51,382 nucleotides of DNA from Planctomycetota bacterium (GTDB lineage Bacteria > Planctomycetota > Planctomycetia > Planctomycetales > Planctomycetaceae), in NCBI GenBank assembly GCA_963580005.1, contig CAUZJR010000001.1:1-51382 (forward strand), in the 5' to 3' direction. A program made the position numbers and the translations under genes. The notes beneath the pieces were generated by a model. The model searched no databases, had not been told where the DNA came from, and saw nothing but the letters and a program-made list of their open reading frames with translations. How positions within the stretch are numbered: the stretch's first letter is position 1; each line of letters begins with the position of its first letter. Below are positions 37,388 to 47,400 of this stretch, piece after piece.

Positions 37388-38359
37388 ATGTTGCGATCCC
37401 TTACTTGGCTGCGTGGACTGACCGCCGTGGTGGCGGTGTCGCTGCTGGCTGCTTCGGTTGCTGAGGCACAGCAGAAGAAAGAGCAACCCAAAAAGAGCCA
37501 GCGTGGTCAGCGGGGCCAGCGACAGCGTGGTGGCGGGTTTGGTGGTTTTGGCGGTGGTGGTCGGGGCGGAGGGGCTCCGGGTGCACTGCAATTGATCGGC
37601 CGCGAGGAAGTTCGCAAGGAACTGAAGATTTCCGAAGAGCAGCAGGGGATCATCCGCGAACTGTCCCAGTCGGCTCGCCCCGACTTCCGTGCTCTGTTTG
37701 GTGGCAATTTCCGCGATCTGTCTCCTGAAGACCGAGAGAAGAAGTTGGCCGAGTTGCGTAAGACCTCGGAGAAGAAGTCCAAGGAAGCCGAAGCGGATCT
37801 CTATGGCCTGATTCTCGACGAAGCCCAGTCCAAGCGTCTCAAGCAGATCGTCCTGCAGCAGAAGGGCAACCGTGCCCTGACCGAGCCTGAGGTCGCCAAG
37901 GCCCTGGGTCTCTCGGCCGCCCAGATCGCCAAGATCAAGATGACCATGGAAGCTAGCCAGAAGAAGCAGCAGGAGCTGTTTGCGGGTCTGGGCGGCGGAT
38001 TCGGTGGTCGTCGTCCTCAGGGTGCCAAGGGTGCCAAGGGTGCCAAGGGTGCCAAGGGTGCCAAGGGTGCCAAAAAGACCGAGCGGAAGCGGGCTTCTCG
38101 CGAGGAAATCCAGAAGCGGTTTGCCGATCTGCGGACCAAGGGCGAAGCGATTCGCACCGGGACCGACAAGGCGATCGCCGCGGTCCTGACCGCTGGACAG
38201 AAGACCAAGTTCGAAGCCCTCAAGGGACCCAAGTTCGAACTCGCCCGTCGTTCGCCCACTCGCAGCCGAGGCGGCCGCGGTGGCCAGGGCAAAAAGGGCC
38301 AGGGTGGTCGCCCGAAGCGACCGACGCGGCCCGGCGCCAAGAAGAAGGGTGTAGCCTAG
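37388..38359 (+). CDS. Secreted LTXXQ-like (CpxP/Spy-like motif) protein with RGG/FG and GAK low-complexity segments
   Basis: Signal peptide MLRSLTWLRGLTAVVAVSLLAASVAEA. Four helical L(S/T)xxQ-type motifs (ELKISEEQQGII, LDEAQSKRLKQIVLQQKG, LGLSAAQIAKIK, LTAGQKTKFEALKG). RGQRGQRQRGGGFGGFGGGGRGGG stretch. Confidence 0.7.
   Translation: MLRSLTWLRGLTAVVAVSLLAASVAEAQQKKEQPKKSQRGQRGQRQRGGGFGGFGGGGRGGGAPGALQLIGREEVRKELKISEEQQGIIRELSQSARPDFRALFGGNFRDLSPEDREKKLAELRKTSEKKSKEAEADLYGLILDEAQSKRLKQIVLQQKGNRALTEPEVAKALGLSAAQIAKIKMTMEASQKKQQELFAGLGGGFGGRRPQGAKGAKGAKGAKGAKGAKKTERKRASREEIQKRFADLRTKGEAIRTGTDKAIAAVLTAGQKTKFEALKGPKFELARRSPTRSRGGRGGQGKKGQGGRPKRPTRPGAKKKGVA
38021..38074 (+). repeat. In-frame 9-nt tandem repeat ggtgccaag x5 plus one imperfect copy (encodes GAK x6)
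   Basis: Counted directly. It lies inside CDS 37388..38359. Confidence 0.95.
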
Positions 38360-38553
38360 GACGGGCCGCCTTCACGGGTTTCGACCGAGTCGATCTCGCG
38401 AAATTCGGTGATCCATCCGAGCGGCGGGCCAGGGAATGGCCCTCGGTCGGATGAATTCCTACAACTGCGGCGCGGGGATTTGTGCTGCGGGTGAGTGTGA
38501 GCCGGTCGTGGCCGGTTCAGGCTCTCTGAAATGAAGAGAATGCGAGAGGAATC

Positions 38554-40311
38554 ATGACGCTTGGTTCACAATCTTGGCGGCGGATGCTGGCCCTGTTGAT
38601 CGCCGGACTGATCACCATGGGGACCCCTTCGGCCGTTCGAGCCCAGGACGACGAGGCCGATGACACCGACAGGTCGGCTGCCGTGCCGCTGGTCATCATC
38701 AACGTGGCCAGCGTCGACCGCCTGCTCGGCGATGTGAAGTACCTCTTCGAGACCGCGGGACAGTCGCAGATCAACGAGATGATCGACGGCGGCCTGTCGA
38801 CGGTCAACAACCTCAAGGGGGTCGACCGCAAGAAGCCCTTGGGCGTGATGATTTTCCTGGCCCCGGGGTTCCCACCCCGTCCGATCCCGGTCGGGTATCT
38901 GCCCGTGGAGAGCATCGACGAGCTGACTCAGACGATCGGCGGCGGCACCACCTCTCTCAAGCCGGTCGACGGCGAAGAGAACCGTTACGAGTTGGTCGGA
39001 CCTCGCGGTCGCCAGCAGATCCTGCTGCGAGGCGGTTACGCGTTCATCAGCACCGACGCCGAAAATCTCGATCAGAAATTCCTCGACCCCGCCAAGCTCA
39101 CCGGTGGCCTCTCGGCCCGCCACGACCTGGCGGTCACCCTGCGGCTGGACACGGTTCCCGACGCGGTCAAGACGACCCTGCTGGGTGTGCTGAGGGGTCA
39201 GTTCAATGCCAACATGCAGCAGCGTGACGACGAGCCTGACGGCCCCTACCAACTGCGGCGTGCCAACGAATCGAACATGCTGGAGTTCATCGAGTTGCTG
39301 CTGGCCGAAGGCGACCGGATCACGCTGGGCATCAACGCTTCGAAGGAGGACAAGGACGCGGTCATCGAGTTTCAGTTCGAGGCCAAGCCCAACGGCAAGT
39401 GGGCCAAGGCGCTGGCCAAGATCGATTCGCGGCCCAGCTATTTCGCCCCGCTGCTCGACGAGAAGGCTCCGCTGAGTTTCTCGCTGTCGTGGAAGATGGA
39501 CGACCGCGAGCAGGGCAACACGACCGAGTTCCTCCGCGTGATCGAACCTCAGATCATCTCTCAACTCGAGCCCGTGGCTCCGGCAGTCCGCAGTCTGTTT
39601 GCCGCCCTGAACAAGACGGCCGAGACGGGTCATGCCGATGCGTTCTTCCAATACAAGGTGTTGCCGCCGGAGCGGATGGCGCTCTACGGGGGACTCAAGG
39701 TCGAAGACGGCCAGAAGATCTCCGCCTCGGTCCGCTCGATCATGGCTCAGCTGAAGCAGAACCCCGAGGTGGGCGAGATGGAACTTGATGTTGACTCGCA
39801 CAAGGGCGTTTCGTTTCACCGGATCGGGAGTCGCGAGAGTGCTGTGAGCGCGTTGAACCAGCGGATCTACGGTGGCAAGCCGTCGGTCTATATTGGCACC
39901 GGACCCAACGTGGTCTGGTTCGCCCTGGGCGACAGCAGTTCTTTGGAAGCCACCAAGACGGCGATCGACGAGTTGGCTGCCGCACGGGCGACCGTGGGCA
40001 AGCAGAAGCGAGGTGCTCCCTTCCAGTTCGTGCTCAACATGTCCAGTTGGCTCGACAAGATGGACGCCCAGCGGCCCTTCGCCGCGCGGGCTCGTACGGC
40101 TTTCGCCGGAGGAGGCGACCGGTTGCAGGTCGACATCCGACCCTCGGAGAACGGCATGCGGTTCCAGCTGAAGGTCGAGGAGGGCTACCTGAAGATGCTC
40201 GGAGCGGCCATCGGCGGCGGCATCCAGCGTCAGCGGCAGCGGGCCGAAGAGAGGCGGAAGCGGCGACTGGATGAGACGCCGGGGTCGACCCGGAAGCGTC
40301 AGCAGCGCTAG
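38554..40311 (+). CDS. Secreted hypothetical protein (585 aa), basic C-terminal tail
   Basis: Signal-like MLALLIAGLITMGTPSAVRAQ. Globular-looking composition throughout. The C-terminus is QRQRQRAEERRKRRLDETPGSTRKRQQR. I recognise no motif. Confidence 0.6.
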   Translation: MTLGSQSWRRMLALLIAGLITMGTPSAVRAQDDEADDTDRSAAVPLVIINVASVDRLLGDVKYLFETAGQSQINEMIDGGLSTVNNLKGVDRKKPLGVMIFLAPGFPPRPIPVGYLPVESIDELTQTIGGGTTSLKPVDGEENRYELVGPRGRQQILLRGGYAFISTDAENLDQKFLDPAKLTGGLSARHDLAVTLRLDTVPDAVKTTLLGVLRGQFNANMQQRDDEPDGPYQLRRANESNMLEFIELLLAEGDRITLGINASKEDKDAVIEFQFEAKPNGKWAKALAKIDSRPSYFAPLLDEKAPLSFSLSWKMDDREQGNTTEFLRVIEPQIISQLEPVAPAVRSLFAALNKTAETGHADAFFQYKVLPPERMALYGGLKVEDGQKISASVRSIMAQLKQNPEVGEMELDVDSHKGVSFHRIGSRESAVSALNQRIYGGKPSVYIGTGPNVVWFALGDSSSLEATKTAIDELAAARATVGKQKRGAPFQFVLNMSSWLDKMDAQRPFAARARTAFAGGGDRLQVDIRPSENGMRFQLKVEEGYLKMLGAAIGGGIQRQRQRAEERRKRRLDETPGSTRKRQQR

Positions 40312-40317
40312 GGCTAC

Positions 40318-41112
40318 TTACTGGCCCTCCAGCCACCGCTGGTAGTCTTCGCGGAGTTCGTCGGAGGCGTCTTCGTCGGGTGAGAACTTGGCCGAGAGTT
40401 CATCGAGCTGCGATTGCGTCAGTCCCTGGGCTCGCCACCAGTTGGCACCGCTGAAGTCGGCATCGACCAGCCGGACTCCGTCCATCACGGACAGCGAGAG
40501 ATCGGTGTCGCGGAAGATGGCTGCTTCGAGGTTGGCGTCGCGGAGATTGGCACCGGTGAAGCTCGACCCGGTGAAGTCGGCCATGTAGAGGTAGGCCTCA
40601 GAGAGGTCGGCCCTGGCGAACTGGGCCTTGTGAGCGTGGACCTGTTCGAGCGAGGCGGAGCGAAGGTTGGCTTCGAAGAACTGGGCCTCGTCAAGCCTCG
40701 CTCTCAGCGCCAGAATCTCCTCCATCTGGGCCCCCACCAGCGAGGCCTTGCGAAGATCGACCGTCTTGAGACTCGCCTGCAGCAGGTCGGTTCGCATCAG
40801 CTGCGCATCGACCATCCGGCTTCCATCCAGGATCGCACCGGCCAGGTAGGTCCCGGCCAGGTCGACTCCATCGAGGTCGAGTTTTTCGAGTCGGGCGGAG
40901 GTCCAGATCGAGTTGCCCGCAGCCACCAGCCCCAGGAAGGCCTCCTTGCGACTCTGGGGAGTCCCTCCGTCGTGACAGAGGACCCAGAAGAGATGCTCTT
41001 GGGAGGACAACGACTGCTGCTCGATGTGGCGGGTGGTCAGCCACGCATTGAGACTCAGCAGCACCAGTAGTCCCGCCACGCCCATTCGCAGCAGCAGGTG
41101 ATCCCGTTTCAT
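40318..41112 (-). CDS. Membrane-anchored pentapeptide-repeat protein (architectural paralogue of 32045..33163)
   Basis: The ATG at 41112 gives MKRDHLLLRMGVAGLLVLLSLNAWL (TM), then pentapeptide repeats (ANLRSASLEQVHAHKAQFARADLSEAYLYMADFTGSSFTGANLRDANL). The 5' extension of the ORF to 42009 is Arg/Pro/Gly-rich shadow sequence. Confidence 0.75.
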   Translation of the reverse strand: MKRDHLLLRMGVAGLLVLLSLNAWLTTRHIEQQSLSSQEHLFWVLCHDGGTPQSRKEAFLGLVAAGNSIWTSARLEKLDLDGVDLAGTYLAGAILDGSRMVDAQLMRTDLLQASLKTVDLRKASLVGAQMEEILALRARLDEAQFFEANLRSASLEQVHAHKAQFARADLSEAYLYMADFTGSSFTGANLRDANLEAAIFRDTDLSLSVMDGVRLVDADFSGANWWRAQGLTQSQLDELSAKFSPDEDASDELREDYQRWLEGQ

Positions 41113-41271
41113 CGCAGTGGGCGAGTTCGTTGCAGTTGCGGGGGGTGGTTGCTGAAGTTCTTTACCGACCGGGTGTGTCATGCTAGGCTCCGCGAGCGAC
41201 TCCCTCGTTTCCCGGCCGTCGGTATAGCCCAACACCGGGCCGATTGACAGCCCCATCCCGTTGTCCGTTCG

Positions 41272-43197
41272 ATGGCCGCTCCTCAATCCCCGGTCCCCGA
41301 TCCCGGTGCTCCGGGCACGTCCTCCAGCGGCCGCGGGCGTCGCCGCGCGTTCCGCCTGTTGACGGTCTTTCTGGCACTCTGCCCCTTCGTGGTGCTGGAA
41401 ACTGTGCTGTGGGGCCTGGATGTCGCCGATCCCTCGCTGGCCGATGATCCGCTGTCGGGGTTCAACCGCTCGGGGCGGCTCTTCGAAGCCGACACCCGGG
41501 ACGGCGTTTATCGGACGGCTACGGCACGAGGCGTGTTCTTCGGTGATCAGGAGTTCGCCGCGGTGAAGCCCGAGGACGGATTTCGGCTGTTTTGCCTGGG
41601 GGGATCCACCGTACGAGGACGTCCCTACACCACCGAGAGTTCGTTCACACGCTGGTTGGGGCTGGAACTGGCCGAGCGATCCGAGGGGCGAACGATCGAA
41701 GCGGTCAACTGCGGAGGACTTTCCTATGCCAGCTACCGCCTGAGGCCGATCGTGGCCGAGGTGCTCGGGTATCAGCCCGACCTGCTGGTGGTCGCCACCG
41801 GTCACAACGAGTTCCTGGAAGACCGCAGCTACCGGGGTCTGAAGGACCGCAACCAGGCGATGGCCTGGCTGGAGGACACGGCGATGTCGCTGCGGACGGT
41901 GACGCTGTGCCGGAGGTGGCTGGGAGGTGACCCCGAGCCGGTCTCCGAGGACGGCCCGTCGGAGGTCGAAGCCCGTCTCGACCATCAACGCGGGTTCGCG
42001 TCGTATCAACGCGACCTGCCGTGGCAGGACGAGGTGGTCGAGCAGTACGGGCGATCTCTGGAGACGATGATTTCAGCCTGTCGTGAGGCCGGGGTGCCGC
42101 TGCTGCTGGTTCGGCTGGGTTCGAACCTGCGGGACTGCCCCCCGTTCAAGTCGCAGCACCGCGACGGGTTGAGTGTCAAGGAGGCTGCGTTGTGGCAGGC
42201 GGCGATGGATGAAGGAAAACTGCGATCCTCGCAGCGGGAGTTCGAAGCGGCGTTGGCTGCCTACCGCAGGGCCGCGGAACTCGACAACCAGCATGCCCTG
42301 GTTGCCTGGAGGATCGCTCGAACACTCGATCGACTCGGACACGCCGAACCCGCGGCGGTTGCCTACCGTAGGGCCCGCGACCTGGACGTGTGTCCCTTGA
42401 GAATGATCGGGCGGCTGGATCGGGTGCTGACTGCGGTGGCAAAGGCCACCGCAACGCCCCTGGTCGATGCCGCCTTGGAGATCCGCAACGGGAGTCCCGA
42501 GGGACTGCCGGGATCGGACTGGTACGTCGATCATGTCCACCCGACCCTGCAGGGGCACCAGGAAATCGGCAGGCTGCTGGCCGAGGCGGTGGGGCGGGAG
42601 GGGTGGTTGAAACTCGATGCCCCGATGGACGCCGCGCGGTCGCGGCGGCACCGACGTCGACAATTCCGGAGACTGGGACCGGTCTTCCTGGCCAACGGGG
42701 CACGGAGGTTGGGATGGCTCGAGAGCTGGGCCCGTCGGCAGAGGCTCGATCAGGAGATCCGGCCGGTTTCCACCAGTGAGTACGCACGAGCCGGCTGCCG
42801 GGCGGTCGATTTCGGAAAATGGGACGACGCCTGGACCGCCTACGCCCAGTCGCTGGCCGTTTCCAAGGATGCCGTTCCCGCCGTGTTGATGATCCTGCAG
42901 CATGCTCGACGGCTGTTTCAGCAGGGTCGATCCTCGGACGCCCGCGACCTGGTCGATCGGCTCGGAGAACTGCCCGATGCCCAGCAGGGAGCCCTGGCCC
43001 CCTCGTGGTCCCGGGCGGCGCTGGTGCTGGCCGTCGAGCGAGGTGACCGCGAAGCGGCCAGCGAGCTGCTCGACCGATACGAGCGACTGCTGCAGACCAC
43101 CACAGAATCAGCCGCGGTCACAAGCACCGGGTGGCTGGAGGTGATGCCCGATGTGCTCAAACGAGCCAGGCGCCTGGCTGGCCGGGGTGGCGACTAG
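41272..43197 (+). CDS. SGNH/GDSL-like hydrolase with a C-terminal TPR-like helical region, N-terminal membrane anchor
   Basis: FRLFCLGGSTVRG (block I Ser), a GxND-like ATGHNEF block, DHVHPT (block V D-x-x-H), and helical repeats (AALAAYRRAAELDNQHALVAWRIARTL). Confidence 0.65.
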   Translation: MAAPQSPVPDPGAPGTSSSGRGRRRAFRLLTVFLALCPFVVLETVLWGLDVADPSLADDPLSGFNRSGRLFEADTRDGVYRTATARGVFFGDQEFAAVKPEDGFRLFCLGGSTVRGRPYTTESSFTRWLGLELAERSEGRTIEAVNCGGLSYASYRLRPIVAEVLGYQPDLLVVATGHNEFLEDRSYRGLKDRNQAMAWLEDTAMSLRTVTLCRRWLGGDPEPVSEDGPSEVEARLDHQRGFASYQRDLPWQDEVVEQYGRSLETMISACREAGVPLLLVRLGSNLRDCPPFKSQHRDGLSVKEAALWQAAMDEGKLRSSQREFEAALAAYRRAAELDNQHALVAWRIARTLDRLGHAEPAAVAYRRARDLDVCPLRMIGRLDRVLTAVAKATATPLVDAALEIRNGSPEGLPGSDWYVDHVHPTLQGHQEIGRLLAEAVGREGWLKLDAPMDAARSRRHRRRQFRRLGPVFLANGARRLGWLESWARRQRLDQEIRPVSTSEYARAGCRAVDFGKWDDAWTAYAQSLAVSKDAVPAVLMILQHARRLFQQGRSSDARDLVDRLGELPDAQQGALAPSWSRAALVLAVERGDREAASELLDRYERLLQTTTESAAVTSTGWLEVMPDVLKRARRLAGRGGD

Positions 43198-44084
43198 CGT
43201 CGAGACGGGAAGGCGGCCACGAAGCCCGCTTCGTCGATCGGCAGCTTCATCTTCACCTTCTTCTTGTTGAAGCTCTCGCGTGTCCGCTTGCTCTGGCTCC
43301 ACTCCTGGGCACTCAGCGAGCCGTCCTTGTCCTTGTCGAGTGCCTTGAAGGTGTACTTGGCGATCCGGACCAATCCGGCGTCCTTCTTCGAAGCCGCCGG
43401 AGCGGCTGCTGCCGAAACGGTGATCGTTGTCGAGGGGGCCGCCGTGGTGGAGGCCGCAGTCGGATCGGCGGAGGCTGCCGCAGGAGCCGCCGTTGCGACT
43501 GCTTCGGTACTCGAACCGGCAGACAGTTCACGCGGGGTCAGGAATCCGTCGCCGTTGGCGTCGAGTGTTCGGAACTGGGCGATCGCCGCCAGCTTCCATT
43601 CGTAGAGACCCAACTGCCCATCCTTGTCCAGGTCCAGACCGGCGTACTGCTCGGGCAGGTCCACGGTGACTCGCACCCTGGGCTTCGGCTTGCTCTGTTC
43701 CTTCGAGGAACCCCCGCGCCGACCTCGGTCGCTTCCCTCGCGGCCACCCCTGCTGCTACCACCCCTGCTGCTGGTGCCGCGTTCTCCGCCTCGCATCCGG
43801 GAAAAGAACGACTGCATCTGCTGGCGGCGGTCGTCGGGAGACGCGTTGCTGGAGCGCATCTGAGAGAAGAAACTCCGCATCCGCTCGCCGCGATCATCGC
43901 CACCTCCGCCACCCCGCTGCGTCATCATGAAGCTCATGCCGCCGCGTTGACCGTTACCGAAACGGATCGTCTGGGCCGATAGGGTGGCCGGGCAGGCCAG
44001 CAGAGTGGCCAGGGACAGCAGCAACAGTGCCAACTTACTCGAGTGGGCAGAGCAGGCTGCCAAGAGCACGCGTGACAGAGTCAT
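43194..44084 (-). CDS. Secreted EF-hand calcium-binding protein with an RGG/SR-rich low-complexity centre
   Basis: Signal peptide LLLLSLATLLACPATLSA. Three DxDxDG loops: LDLDKDGQLGLYEW, LDANGDGFLTPRE and LDKDKDGSLSAQEW. Confidence 0.8.
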   Translation of the reverse strand: MTLSRVLLAACSAHSSKLALLLLSLATLLACPATLSAQTIRFGNGQRGGMSFMMTQRGGGGGDDRGERMRSFFSQMRSSNASPDDRRQQMQSFFSRMRGGERGTSSRGGSSRGGREGSDRGRRGGSSKEQSKPKPRVRVTVDLPEQYAGLDLDKDGQLGLYEWKLAAIAQFRTLDANGDGFLTPRELSAGSSTEAVATAAPAAASADPTAASTTAAPSTTITVSAAAAPAASKKDAGLVRIAKYTFKALDKDKDGSLSAQEWSQSKRTRESFNKKKVKMKLPIDEAGFVAAFPSRR

Positions 44085-44317
44085 CAGAAATCTCCCATTT
44101 TCTCCAGTCTGAACACCGCTCGGCGGGGTTTGTTCCTCTAGAATAGCCCCAAAACCGTCCGAAGGGAAACAACCAGTTGGAGGTGTTATCGGAGTAATCG
44201 GAATCTCCGCCAGATCGCCTCACAGTTTCTCACGTCCCCCCCGACCCAACACCAGTCCATTCCGACCTGTTCGGTGTGGGCGAACTAGACTGCTGGAAAT
44301 ACGATCTCCTAACCGTA

Positions 44318-44407
44318 CAAGACCAACAAGACCAACAAGACCAACAAGACCAACAAGACCAACAAGACCAACAAGACCAACAAGACCAACAAGACCAACA
44401 AGACCAT
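44318..44407. repeat. 9-nt tandem repeat caagaccaa x9 plus one imperfect copy (caagaccat)
   Basis: Units every 9 nt from 44318 to 44398, with the last copy at 44399-44407. T-less unit. It lies in the 394-nt divergent intergenic region, 72 nt upstream of the ATG at 44479. Confidence 0.95.
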
Positions 44408-44478
44408 TGGTCCTGTCCTCCGAGCCGCCTGTCGCGGCTCACTGGCAGGGAGCCTGACTTGGCATGGAAGTATTGATC

Positions 44479-47400
44479 ATGAAGAGCTTGAATCTCAACA
44501 GCCTGTCACGACTCGCCGTCGCCGTTGCGGTCCTGGCGGGAGCCCTGGTCGACACGGCCAGCACAGAGGCTCAGCGAAGCCGCCGAGGACGTGGTGGAGA
44601 CAGCTTGCTGGACATGGCCCGGGATGAGGACATCCGGGCGGAGTTGAAACTGACCGATCAGCAGGCCGATTCGATCAGCAAGATCCGCGACAGTTTTCGG
44701 AGCAGTTTCGAGAAAGCTCGCGAGTTCGGGCAGCGGATCCAGGAGGCGAAGGACGACGCCGAGCGGACCAGGATCGAGGCCGAGCGGCAGACGTTCTTCG
44801 ACACGCAGCGGAAGGCTGCCGAGGCCGAACTGGCCAAGGTGGTTTCCTCCGAGCAACTGCGTGGTCTCAGAGTCCACCAGCTGAAACGGCGGGGAACCGG
44901 GGGGCTCGGTGCCCAATGGGTCGTCGCCGAACTCAAGCTGACCGACGACCAGAAGACGAAACTGAAGGCGATGCTGACAGGACATGATCAGCAGAAGCGG
45001 GCGTTGGACGCGGCGAGGATGGCGGTGTTCCGCAACCGGGAATTGCCTCGCGACGAACGCGAGACGAAGTTCAAGGCCCTCGAGACCCAACGCGAACAAC
45101 TCGGGAAGCAGCGTGACCAGGCCGTGCTGGGCCTGCTGACCGCGACCCAGAAGACCAGCTTCCAGGCCCTGGCCGGCACCTCGGCCGAGGGGACTCCCAA
45201 GCCGGTCGCCGATACCAAGCCCGCCACCACCACAACCAAACCTGCAACCGCGCCCGCAACGGCCCCGGCAGCCGATCGGGGTGCCCGGGTGGTGGGTGCC
45301 GACGGCAAGCCGGCCACCGCGACGGTTGTGGCCTCGTTTGGTGCCCAGGCCGGTGCGAGGTCTTCCCAGCCGGTGAAGTCGCTGAAGTTCAACTTTGTCC
45401 AGGCTCCCTGGTCGGACGTGCTGAAGATGTTTGCCGACGCGGCCGCTTTGACCTGGGACCGGGAAACCGTGCCTCCGGGGACATTCACCTACTTCGACGA
45501 CAAGGAATACACCCCGACCGAAGCCCTCAACGTGCTCAACGGAGCCTTGCTGCAGAAGGGCTTCATCCTGCTCCGTCGCGATCGCTTCGCGGTGGTCGTC
45601 AACGTCGACGACACGGTGCCGCCCAACCTGGTGCCGACCGTGGCGATTGCCGATTTGCCCGCTCGGGCCAGCAATGAACTGGTGCGGGTGGTGATGCCTC
45701 TGGAAGGCAAGGACGCGGCCAAGGCGGCCACCGAGGTGGCAGACCTGCTGGGCCCTCAGGGCAAGGCCACCGCACTCTCGGTCGCCAACTCCCTGGTCGT
45801 CACCGGCCTGGCCAACAACGTCGCTGAGATCCACGCGGTTCTCAAGAGCTACATTCCCGAGGAAAAGAAGGACGTGACGTACGAGGCCTTCGTGCTGCAG
45901 AACGTCTCGGCACTCTCGGCCGAAAAGATGGTCCGAGACCTCTTCGGGCTGCAGGCTCGTGGTGTCCAGAACGTCAGTGCGGCTTCCGGAAGCGGAGGCA
46001 GCAGCGGAGGCAGCAGCCGGGGCAGCAGCCGGGGCAGCAGTCGAGGCAGCAGCCGGGGTGGCTCGGATCCTCGCAGCCGCTTTGCCGCGATGTTTGGCGG
46101 GAGCCGGGGAGGCTCGCGTGAGTCCAGCCGACAGCAGAGTTCCGGTCGTGGCGCTTCGGCCGGCGGCAGCGTTTCGGTGACCGTCGATGAACGGACCAAC
46201 ATGCTGCTGGCGATGGCTCCGCCGGCGCAGATGGAAGTGATCCGCAAGGCGATCGAGACGATCGACATTCCCGCCGGTGACACCCCGAATCGGTTCGCCG
46301 AACAGGACCAGGACAACGAGCCGTACCTCGAGGTCTACAAGGTCACTTCGGCCGATACGATGGAAGTTACCAAGACACTTGACGTGCTGTTCCCCGGTGC
46401 GGTGATCAACGAGGACGGGCGGTTCCGCACGATTCACGTGATGTCCAACAAGCGGGGGCACGACGAAATCCAGCGGATGATCCGCAAGCTCGACGGGCAG
46501 GGCGGTGGCCTGACCACCACCGCGATCATCCCCATCCGGCAGGACCCGGCCACGCTGACCGCCACCCTGCAGGGGCTCTACTCCAAGGACATCGAAAATG
46601 CACCCTCGGTGATCGCCAATCCCGGCTACCTCGTCGTCCGCGGCAGTGCCGAGCAGATCGCCGAGATCAAGCAGATGGTCACCCAGCTCGACAGCGCCAT
46701 CGGAGTCTCGATGGCCACCGGAGGTGGACCGATCCGCACCATCCCGCTGGGCGGCCGCGATGTGAACTCGCTGCTGAGACTGCTGCAGTCGGTGACACCC
46801 AACCCGATCCGAATCAGTACCCCGTCCTCGGAACGCGGACCGATTCGTGAAGAACGAGTGCCCTCGGCCGACGATCCCCGGGTGAGACCCGAGACCGGTG
46901 CGGCCGGTGGTGGAGCCGGTGGCGCGGCGGCCGGTGCCGATCGCAACTCGGCCAACTTCAGCGTGCCACCTCTCAGACAGGCTGGCAACGGGGCTGGCAA
47001 CGGGGCTGGCACTGGTGGAGCACCCGAGACACCCGCCGTTGACGACGTTCAGCGGCACCGCAGGCTGGCGACTTTCGTGTTCCAGAACCTCGACGCCGAC
47101 AAGGACGGCAAGTTGACCCAGGTCGAGTGGTCGGCGAGCAAGCGGACGCGTGAGTTGTTCGAGGCCCGCAAGATCTTGCTGAAGTTGCCCGCCGACAAGG
47201 CCACGTTCCTCAAGGCCTTCGTCCTGCTCTCTTCTGCGCCCGAAGCAGGCGGCGGATCCGATGAGGCTCAGCCGACAACTCCCCAGGCTCCCGCGTCCGC
47301 GACGGCCCGGCCGCCGCTGCGGCCCGATCCCGAGCCGGCTGCGGCGGGAGACGAGCCGCTTGCGGAAATCGTGATCGAGATCCGCGACGGCAACCTGGTC

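Noticed and set aside
38414-38453. Hairpin catccga...tcggatg with inner gggcca/tggccc stem, downstream of the LTXXQ-like gene, as an intrinsic terminator.
   Set aside because: The stem is real, but no U-tract follows it (aattcct). This is plausible but insufficient evidence to list it as a feature.
44230-44476. Small ORFs through the 9-nt repeat encoding (WSC)x9 on the minus strand or (QDQ)x9 on the plus strand, which could look like a Cys/Trp-rich RiPP precursor. Likewise LSACCLPVVC repeats arise from the 15498-15610 array and IQAL repeats from 22230-22293.
   Set aside because: They are open only because the repeat units lack stop-forming bases. The 11-nt units are not multiples of three. 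There is no ribosome-binding context and no adjacent maturation enzymes.
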